64,000 nt of DNA from Candidatus Binataceae bacterium (GTDB lineage: Bacteria; Desulfobacterota; Binatia; Binatales; Binataceae), in NCBI GenBank assembly GCA_035531675.1, contig DATKSL010000033.1, positions 160,260 through 224,259 of the forward strand. The letters are read 5' to 3'. Below the pieces are notes generated by a model. The model had not been told where the DNA came from and did not search any database. It saw nothing but the letters and a program-made list of their open reading frames with translations. The position numbers were made by a program, and so were the translations under genes. This document shows, one piece after another, positions 57,186 to 64,000 of this stretch (position 1 is the first letter of the stretch; the number at the start of each line of letters is the position of its first letter).

Positions 57186-58295
57186 TTAGCGAATCCAGAC
57201 GGTCGGCTCCACCGACATCCCGGGGCGCAGCCGCTCGATTCCCGGCTGGCCGGTATCGAAAATGATTCGGACCGGCAGCCGCTGCACGATCTTCACGTAG
57301 TTGCCGGTCGCGTTCTCCGGTGGCAGCAGGCTGTACTTGTCGCCCGAAGCTCCGGGCAGGCTTTCGACCCGCCCTCTGAAGCTGTGGCCGAAGGCGTCGA
57401 CATAAATCGTGACCGGCTGCCCCGGCCGGATCATTGCGAGCTGAGTTTCCTTGAAATTCGCGGTTACCCAGACGCGGTCGGTCTGGGTCAGGGCCAGCAA
57501 TTGTTGACCCGGTTCGACCCGCTGTCCCAGTTGGACCGTGCGCTTGCCCACGATACCGTCGGCGGGTGCCTTGATATTTGTATAACTCAGATTGAGCAGG
57601 GCCTGGTCGAGCGCCGAGCGCGACGCCAGCACGTCGGCCTGTTTGGAGGCAATCATGCGCTGGGCTCCGGCCGCCGCGGCCCGCTGTGCCTCGACCGTCG
57701 CCGCGCTGACGTTGGCGGTTGCGACATACTGATCGTACTGCGCCTGTGAAGCGACCTTCTGGTCGAGCAGCGCGCGGTAGCGCTGCGCGTCATGCTGGGC
57801 GCGGACGTCGGCCGCCTGGGCCTCGCGCAGTTGCGCTTGCGCCGCCGCATAGCCCTGTCGCGCGACATTCACTTCGGCTTCGGCCTGCGCGAGGTTCGCG
57901 CGCGCCTGCTCGACCGCGACCTGGTAATCGCTGGGATCGAGCTGGACCAGGATTTCACCGACCTTCGCGTGCTGATTGTCCTCCACCGCGACCCGGATCG
58001 CGGTGCCGTTGATGCGCGAGCTGATCGGATCGATATAACCCTCGATCTGGGCGTCATCGGTTGACTCAAAGGAGGTCAGGTATCGCCACAACTCGTTTGC
58101 GCCGGCTGCCAGAGCCACTGCGGCCAACACCGTCAGTATCGCAATCAGCGGCCAGCGCAACCTCGAGGTCGCCCGCTCCGCGCGCGTGCCGTCGGCCGGT
58201 GGTTCGACGCCCGCAGGCTGCCGGCGATTCTCGTCGGATAAAGCGTCAGGCGCGCTGTCGGCTTGCGGCTGTTCGTACGTAGATCGCCTCTTCAT
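57186..58295 (-). CDS. HlyD/EmrA family membrane-fusion (periplasmic adaptor) protein
   Basis: Single N-terminal TM helix, long Ala/Gln-rich coiled-coil and a C-terminal beta-barrel/lipoyl region. Lies immediately upstream of the EmrB-like gene. Confidence 0.75.
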   Translation of the reverse strand: MKRRSTYEQPQADSAPDALSDENRRQPAGVEPPADGTRAERATSRLRWPLIAILTVLAAVALAAGANELWRYLTSFESTDDAQIEGYIDPISSRINGTAIRVAVEDNQHAKVGEILVQLDPSDYQVAVEQARANLAQAEAEVNVARQGYAAAQAQLREAQAADVRAQHDAQRYRALLDQKVASQAQYDQYVATANVSAATVEAQRAAAAGAQRMIASKQADVLASRSALDQALLNLSYTNIKAPADGIVGKRTVQLGQRVEPGQQLLALTQTDRVWVTANFKETQLAMIRPGQPVTIYVDAFGHSFRGRVESLPGASGDKYSLLPPENATGNYVKIVQRLPVRIIFDTGQPGIERLRPGMSVEPTVWIR

Positions 58296-58491
58296 AGTTC
58301 GTGTCTGACATGCCGGGAGCGGAGATTACGCCTGGCCAATTGCGAAATACTATATCCCGAGCTCACCTTTCTGATAGCGATTGTGCCGGCTATCTCCCGG
58401 TGCTAGTGATGCCCGGAAGAAAGCTCTCAGGCTCTTAAGCTTCCCCGTCGCTGCCGCTGAGGCTGGCGGGGAGAAACATCGAGGTAATCCT

Positions 58492-58896
58492 ATGCTTAGC
58501 AAACAGGCTCTCGGGCTCGACGACGCCAAGCGTATTGCCGCGGCCGCAGCCGCCGAAGCTCGCAAGAACGAGTGGAACGTTACGATCGCGGTGGTTGACG
58601 ACGGCGGCCACCTGCTCTACCTGGAGCGAATGGATGGTGCGCCGAAGCCGACCGCCACCGTCGCCACCGAGAAAGCGCGCACCGCGGCGTTGTTCAAGCG
58701 TCCGACGCTCAGTTTCGAGGAGATGCTTAAGGGTGGACGATTCGGCGTGCTGTCATTGCCGGGCGTGACGCCGATCGAAGGCGGCGTGCCGCTTATTGTT
58801 CAGAATGAATGCCTCGGCGCGGTTGGAGTGTCAGGCGTTCAATCGCCGCAGGATGCTCAGTGTGCACGCGCCGGTGCGGCCGTGATCGGAGCATAA
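58492..58896 (+). CDS. GlcG/HbpS-like (DUF336) heme-binding family protein
   Basis: 134 aa. GAGGT RBS. Pattern GLDDAKRI...VVDDGGHLL...GGVPL of the GlcG family. Confidence 0.6.
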   Translation: MLSKQALGLDDAKRIAAAAAAEARKNEWNVTIAVVDDGGHLLYLERMDGAPKPTATVATEKARTAALFKRPTLSFEEMLKGGRFGVLSLPGVTPIEGGVPLIVQNECLGAVGVSGVQSPQDAQCARAGAAVIGA

Positions 58897-58939
58897 GCGA
58901 TCCCGCAAAAGCGATTGGGCCGACTGGCGGCCGTGCGAC

Positions 58940-60094
58940 TCATCGCCAGAGTTGTGCGGTCGCCAGTTGAGCGCCCTCGGCCATCGCTTCGAACTTGGCC
59001 CACACGACCGTGGGGTGAACCTCCGTCTTATAGGTCGCCTGCGAGGAGAAGCCGCAGTCGGTTCCTGCGATCACATTTTCCCGCCCCACCAGCTTCGCGT
59101 ACCTGCTGAGACGCTCGGCGATCAGTTCGGGATGCTCGACGATGTTGCTGGCGTGGGTGACCACCCCGGGGATCAACAGCTTGCCGGCCGGCAGCTTCAC
59201 GTCTTCCCAGACGTGGTACTCGTGTTCGTGCCGCGCGTTGGCCGCTTCGAACGAATAGGCGGCGGCGTTTATCTTGAGCATCGCCGGCGCGATGTCTCTT
59301 AACTGTGCGTCATGAACGCGCGGTCCTTCGTTGATTCCGTAGCAGGTATGGAAGCGCACCTTTTCCGCGGGGATGCCGCGCAACCCGTGGTTGATCGCCT
59401 CGACGTAGAGCCCGGCTCGCTGGTCTCGCTGGGCGGCGTTCAACGATGAGTCGCTATAAATGTCCGACAGGAAGGGATCATCGATCTGGAGCAGGAAGCC
59501 GGCGTCGACGATCATCTGATACTCAGTTCGCAGGGCGTCGGCGACCGCGCCGAGGAAGGCCTCTTCGGTCGGATAGTACTCGTTCCTGCCCACGCCGCTC
59601 GGCGCCACCGCGGGCATGAAGACTTCCTCGGCGTTCACTCCCTTGATCGCCGCCTTCAGATTGTCGATATCCTTGCGCAGAGCTTCCTGCCCCCGGTAGC
59701 TGACCGGCCCGGTGCAGACCATCGGCACGATCGGTGCGACTGCGCCGCCAAGCATCGCCTGTCCGAAGTATTGTTCGTAGTACTCGGGAAAGGCCGCCCG
59801 TTCGTCGGCAAACAGCGTCAGCGCCGCGCCGGCCCTCGCCTCGAAACCGGTGAGCCGCTCGCCGACATACGAAAAAAATCCGGGCTTCCCCTGCTCGCCG
59901 TCGGTCAAGATGTCAATCCCGGTGGCCGCCTGCTTGCGGACAATCTCGGCGACCGCGCTCCGCACCCGGCGCGCGTAAACTTGCTCGTCACAGGGCTCGC
60001 CCTTTATCCGGGCCTTCATCAGATCGAGCAGATCCTTGGGGCGCGGCAGGCTTCCGCAGTGAGTGGTCAGAATGCGATCGGTGCTGTGCTTCAT
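58940..60094 (-). CDS. MetE-like (cobalamin-independent methionine synthase II family) Zn-enzyme paralog
   Basis: 384 aa. HxC (HTCYG), conserved Glu and DCGF Cys motif resembling the MetE C-terminal Zn site. Confidence 0.7.
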   Translation of the reverse strand: MKHSTDRILTTHCGSLPRPKDLLDLMKARIKGEPCDEQVYARRVRSAVAEIVRKQAATGIDILTDGEQGKPGFFSYVGERLTGFEARAGAALTLFADERAAFPEYYEQYFGQAMLGGAVAPIVPMVCTGPVSYRGQEALRKDIDNLKAAIKGVNAEEVFMPAVAPSGVGRNEYYPTEEAFLGAVADALRTEYQMIVDAGFLLQIDDPFLSDIYSDSSLNAAQRDQRAGLYVEAINHGLRGIPAEKVRFHTCYGINEGPRVHDAQLRDIAPAMLKINAAAYSFEAANARHEHEYHVWEDVKLPAGKLLIPGVVTHASNIVEHPELIAERLSRYAKLVGRENVIAGTDCGFSSQATYKTEVHPTVVWAKFEAMAEGAQLATAQLWR

Positions 60095-60199
60095 GTCAAT
60101 GCACTCCGTGGTTTGGCTCTGCGAGCCGACAACCTGGCCGCCAGGCGGGAGACTCTCACGGCGGCGAAATTCCGCAGCGGGCGGTAAGGACTATACTCG

Positions 60200-61306
60200 T
60201 CAGCTCCAGACTTCGCTTGCGACATCCACCACTAATCTCAGCTTGGCCCATTGTTCATCCTCGCTGAGCAGATTTCCTTCCTCGGTGGAGGCGAAACCGC
60301 ATTGCGGGCTCAGGCAGAGTTGAGCCACGTCCGCGTACTTCGCCGCTTCGTCTATCCTGCGCTTGATAGCGTCGCGCGGCTCGAGCGCGCCGCTCTTCGA
60401 CGTCACCAGTCCCAGCACGACCAGCTTGTTGCCCCGGGGCAGGAAGCGCAGCGGCTCGAAACCGCCCGCGCGTTCGGTGTCGAATTCCAGAAAGTAGCCG
60501 TCGTAGTCGACGCCGCCCAGCAGCAGCTCCGCAACCGGCTCGTAACTGCCCTCCGAGATCCACGATGATCGGAAATTGCCGCGGCAGACGTGCCCCGTGA
60601 TCACCATATCCGCCGGCTTGCCCGCGACCGCGTAGTTGACCACGCGGGCGTAGGTCGCGCCGAGTTGATCGAGACTCTCACCGCGCGCGCTCGCCTTCTC
60701 TCGCTGCTCGCGCGAGCACAGAAAGGCCCAGGCCGTGTCGTCGAACTGCAGATAACGGCAGCCGGCCCGATAAAACGCCTGCACCGCTTTGCGATAGGTC
60801 TTGGCCAGGTCGTCGAAGAAGCCGTCGAGTTCGGGATAAGCGGCCGGATCGATCAGATCGCGACCAGTGCGTACGTAGAGCATCGCGGGCGAAGGAATCG
60901 TCATCTTCGGCACTCGCCGGGTGTGCGAGCGCAGGAATTTGAAATGCGCGAGCATCGCGTGATCGTCGGGAAAATCAAGTTTGCCCGCGACCCGGATTCC
61001 TGCGGCCTTGGTCGCGGCGCCACGAAAGCTGATACCGCTTTCGTCAACCGTGCGCTCGCAACCGTTGAGTCCCCACAGGAAATCGAAGTGCCACCAGGAG
61101 CGGCGAAACTCGCCGTCGGTGATGGCTTGCAAGCCGCTCTCTTCCTGTCGGGTGATGATCGTCTCGATCTCCCGATCCTCAACCTCCCGGAGGCTTTCGA
61201 TGGCGAGACTGCCGGCCTGATATTGCGCGCGCGCCTGCTTGAGGCGCTCGGACCGCAGGAGGCTGCCGACCTGATCGGCGCGAAACGGTGGCGTACTTCG
61301 AGGCAT
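60200..61306 (-). CDS. MetE-like (cobalamin-independent methionine synthase II family) Zn-enzyme paralog
   Basis: N-terminal PPFRADQVGSLLRS nearly identical in pattern to the 8221 gene. HVCRGN and SPQCGF motifs. Start at 61306. Confidence 0.7.
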   Translation of the reverse strand: MPRSTPPFRADQVGSLLRSERLKQARAQYQAGSLAIESLREVEDREIETIITRQEESGLQAITDGEFRRSWWHFDFLWGLNGCERTVDESGISFRGAATKAAGIRVAGKLDFPDDHAMLAHFKFLRSHTRRVPKMTIPSPAMLYVRTGRDLIDPAAYPELDGFFDDLAKTYRKAVQAFYRAGCRYLQFDDTAWAFLCSREQREKASARGESLDQLGATYARVVNYAVAGKPADMVITGHVCRGNFRSSWISEGSYEPVAELLLGGVDYDGYFLEFDTERAGGFEPLRFLPRGNKLVVLGLVTSKSGALEPRDAIKRRIDEAAKYADVAQLCLSPQCGFASTEEGNLLSEDEQWAKLRLVVDVASEVWS

Positions 61307-61484
61307 AGACTTATTCCCAATCCTTTGTGCGGGAAACATAAGATCATCAGCGCTCCGAACGCAATCTGCGCGCCTCACAAGTGTCTGAAGTCCACCGAAC
61401 TTGACAGCGGTTAGCAGGATCGACGAGATATGGCGCAGCGCAAGCCGCAGTCTCGATGATGAATACTCAACTCAGGAGCGAGCC

Positions 61485-62762
61485 GTGCCCATAGGACCAC
61501 TCATAAGATATCCATCGTTTGGTTTATCGCTACTGTCGTTCGATACGCTCGCGCCCGGCATCAACTCCGAAGTTGTAGCGCTAACGGCCGAAGATGGCGG
61601 CGAATCCAAGGGCGTGCTCTACAGCAAGGGCGGCGAAAAGACCGTCGTCTGCATGATGCATCCGCGTGCGGACATGAGCCGCCATTATGTGATCCCGTAT
61701 CTGCTCGAGGCCGGCTTCGCCGCTTTTGGCCAGGAGGGACGTTGGCCGGGCAACGACATCGCCTGCATCCACGAGCTGCTGCTGATGGATATTGCGGCCT
61801 CGGTCAAGCTTCTCCAGGCGCGCGGTTTTCAGAAGATCGTGCTGCTCGGCAACAGCGGCGGCGGGTCGCTCTACACCTTCTACCAGGCGCAAGCGGTCAC
61901 GGCGGTACCCAACCGTTTGACGGATACGCCGGCCGGCGACCCATACGATCTCAACCGCTTCCAGATGCCGCCGGCGGACGGGATGGTGATCATCGCCGCG
62001 CATCTGGGCGAAGGCAAAGTGCTGCAGGCTGCGATCGATCCGTCGGTGACCGACGAGGCCGATCCGCTGTCAAGCGATCCGAGCCTCGATATGTACAATC
62101 CGGCCAACGGTTTCCGCGAGCCGCCGGAATCGAGCAAGTACACCAACGAATTTCTGCAGCGTTATCGCGCGGCGCAGACCATGCGAGTGGCGCGTATCGA
62201 CGCGATCGCGCGCCGCTATATCGAAGAGCAGCGCTACTTTGCCGAGCTTACGCGCGAGCCGGCCTTCGACACCCAACCTCCCGCCCGGCGCAGCTTTGTG
62301 AGCCGGCGAGCGGTGAGCGGGCGCTACCTGCTGATAAATCGAACCGAAGCGAATCCGGCCTTCGCGGATCTTTCGATCGATCCTTCGCTGCGCACTTACG
62401 GGTCGCTCTTCTCGCCGCGCCCCGACCTGTTCAACTACACCGAAGCCGGCTTTGGAAGGTACCAGACGCCGCGCGCATGGTTGAGCACCTGGTCGGGACT
62501 GTCATCGCGCGCCGCGGTGCTCGACAATATCACCCGCATCAAGGCCCCGACCCTGGTGATCAACTACACCGGCGATCACGCTATCTATCCGTCGAATTCG
62601 GCAGCGATTTACCGCCAGTCGGCCGCCGCTGACAAACAATTGGAGCAGGTCGACGGCGATCACTTCGGCAATCCACTGCCGTCCAGGCCTGACCGCGGCG
62701 GACGACCGGAAGCGGCGAAAGTGATCGTGCGATGGCTGCGGGAAAGATTCCCGGCGCGCTAG
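61485..62762 (+). CDS. alpha/beta hydrolase-fold protein (425 aa)
   Basis: GTG start with an AGGAG RBS. GNSGGG nucleophile elbow and a C-terminal GDH region. The ORF is open from 61401. Confidence 0.55.
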   Translation: MPIGPLIRYPSFGLSLLSFDTLAPGINSEVVALTAEDGGESKGVLYSKGGEKTVVCMMHPRADMSRHYVIPYLLEAGFAAFGQEGRWPGNDIACIHELLLMDIAASVKLLQARGFQKIVLLGNSGGGSLYTFYQAQAVTAVPNRLTDTPAGDPYDLNRFQMPPADGMVIIAAHLGEGKVLQAAIDPSVTDEADPLSSDPSLDMYNPANGFREPPESSKYTNEFLQRYRAAQTMRVARIDAIARRYIEEQRYFAELTREPAFDTQPPARRSFVSRRAVSGRYLLINRTEANPAFADLSIDPSLRTYGSLFSPRPDLFNYTEAGFGRYQTPRAWLSTWSGLSSRAAVLDNITRIKAPTLVINYTGDHAIYPSNSAAIYRQSAAADKQLEQVDGDHFGNPLPSRPDRGGRPEAAKVIVRWLRERFPAR

Positions 62763-62801
62763 GCCGCGGATGCTGCGGCGCTTGAACGATCGGTTCGCGC
62801 C

Positions 62802-63491
62802 TCATACGTTCAGCCGAGGCGGAAGCGCGGCCGCAACCTTCTCGATCGAGCCTTCGAGCCCCGCGTTCATCGCTTCGCCGCCCGGAATCCGCATCGAGAA
62901 GATACTTTCGATCGAGGTGTAGTCGTGATACCCCAGCCGCGCGATCGGCCGCAGCCTCAGGATATCGATACAGCCGTCGGCGCGCAGCGCGTCGTCCGCG
63001 ATGTGGATCGCGATGACCTGGCCGAACACCACACTGGCTGAGCCCATCACGCCGTTGCCGGGCAGGCGCACGGTCTGCAGATAGCGGCACTCGAAATGAA
63101 TCGGTGATTCGGCGACCATCGCCGGGCGGACCAGGCGCCCGGGCGCCTTGGTGAGGCCCGCGATCTCGAATTCGTCCACCTCCGGCGGCAGTTCCTGCGC
63201 CGTCAGATTGACCGCTTCGCGCAGCGCGTAAGTCGCCATGTTCCATACGAACTCGCCGGTCGCCTCGGCATTCGCAACGCTGTCCTTGAATTTACCCTGC
63301 GTGTTCTGGTTGGCGCAGAACAGCACGATCGGCGGATCGAAGGTGACATTCTGAAACTGGCTGAACGGGGCGAGATTATGACGGCCGGTCGCATCGATCG
63401 TCGAGATCCAGCCGATCGGTCTCGGCACCACGCAGGACTTGAAGGGATCGTGCGGCAGATTATGCGGCGTGCGGCCCGGTTCGTAATACAT
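62802..63491 (-). CDS. flavin reductase-like (NAD(P)H:flavin oxidoreductase, PF01613-type) protein
   Basis: PxxxFxSxxxxPRPIGWISTxD...NLAPFS motif set. GGAGG RBS 5 nt before the ATG at 63491. Confidence 0.7.
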   Translation of the reverse strand: MYYEPGRTPHNLPHDPFKSCVVPRPIGWISTIDATGRHNLAPFSQFQNVTFDPPIVLFCANQNTQGKFKDSVANAEATGEFVWNMATYALREAVNLTAQELPPEVDEFEIAGLTKAPGRLVRPAMVAESPIHFECRYLQTVRLPGNGVMGSASVVFGQVIAIHIADDALRADGCIDILRLRPIARLGYHDYTSIESIFSMRIPGGEAMNAGLEGSIEKVAAALPPRLNV

Positions 63492-63632
63492 AGTCGCCTC
63501 CGGCGCCAAAGGTTATGACACTCCATCGCTCATCGCAAATTCTTCGCGATGACGACTAAGGCGTACGAGAACCGGCGCTCGCTGATCACGGCCGGAGGTC
63601 ATCCCGCCGCTGAAGGCGGCGGCACGGCCGGC

Positions 63633-64000
63633 CTAATGGGTAATCGATAATTCAAGCCGGCTGATATGCCACTGGCCGCCGTCTTTAGTCACTCGTGCCT
63701 GCAATCCGGCATAGGCGATGATCGTGATCGGTGTCGGCTCGAGCTTGAGCTTGGTGACGTAGCCGCGAATTACAGTGGCGCCTTCGACCTCGCGCACGTC
63801 GAAGTTGGTCAGCAGATGGCGCGCGTGATCTTCGTTGCCCTTGCGGATGTGCTCGGTGATAAAGCCGGCGATCGCTTCGCGTCCCTTGAACTCGCCGTAA
63901 GCGTGGAAGACGCCGTCGGCGGTGAAGAACGAAGCAAAGCCGTCGGGACGATGGCCGTCCAGTTCTAGGTAGAGCTGAATCAGGGTTTCGTGAATCGCGA
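63633..64000 (-). CDS. NTF2-like/SnoaL-like (ketosteroid-isomerase-fold) protein, C-terminal 121 codons; N-terminus lies beyond the window end
   Basis: Manual minus-strand translation gives AIHETLIQLYLELDGHRPDGF...TKDGGQWHISRLELSITH* with stop TAG at 63633-63635. Not in the supplied ORF track because no start codon falls inside the window. Confidence 0.5.
   Translation of the reverse strand, partial: AIHETLIQLYLELDGHRPDGFASFFTADGVFHAYGEFKGREAIAGFITEHIRKGNEDHARHLLTNFDVREVEGATVIRGYVTKLKLEPTPITIIAYAGLQARVTKDGGQWHISRLELSITH

Noticed and set aside
55547-58295. EmrAB-type pair as part of a complete tripartite efflux operon
   Set aside because: No TolC-type outer-membrane factor or MarR/TetR regulator is adjacent within the window. 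It is annotated simply as an MFS pump plus adaptor.
1-64000. CRISPR arrays, tRNA/rRNA genes, IS elements, integrases, phage genes
   Set aside because: No regularly spaced direct repeats, no tRNA-like cloverleaf candidates in the few non-coding gaps, and no transposase or integrase motifs were seen in any frame.

Overview
This 64-kb window is high-GC (about 67 %), coding on both strands, from a bacterial chromosome, with no rRNA, tRNA, CRISPR array, transposase or integrase. About 95 % of the window is coding. It is dominated by paralogous catabolic-enzyme families typical of aromatic or lignin-derived compound degradation. These families are: three Rieske non-heme-iron oxygenases (one alpha-beta pair plus two alpha-only), four LLM-class luciferase-like flavin oxidoreductases (two of them RutA-like), four ACMSD/LigW-type amidohydrolase-2 proteins plus one chlorohydrolase/deaminase-type amidohydrolase, two FAH-family hydrolases, five or six alpha/beta hydrolases, two cupins, a StyA-like flavin monooxygenase, a LigB-like extradiol dioxygenase, two SDRs, three MetE-like (cobalamin-independent methionine-synthase-family) Zn-enzyme paralogs, a Pht5-like decarboxylase, GSTs, CMD, VOC, a flavin reductase and a molybdopterin oxidoreductase. 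Also present are three MFS transporters, EmrAB-type efflux, a TetR regulator, MsrA, MAPEG and a class III adenylate cyclase. The least conventional locus is a 1386-aa secreted G8-domain/parallel-beta-helix protein (CEMIP/TMEM2-like) whose stop codon overlaps the start of a 443-aa lipoprotein; it sits behind a 380-bp low-GC leader containing an A8 tract. Two DUF1329 paralogs each sit behind AT-rich leaders. One of them heads a DUF1329-MFS-amidohydrolase-Mo-oxidoreductase gene string. A TetR-controlled minus-strand cluster (42.3-49.4 kb) resembles the Sphingobium DDVA (lignin biphenyl) pathway gene set (LigXa/LigZ/LigY/LigW-like). All calls rest on motif and family recognition by eye; no searches were run.
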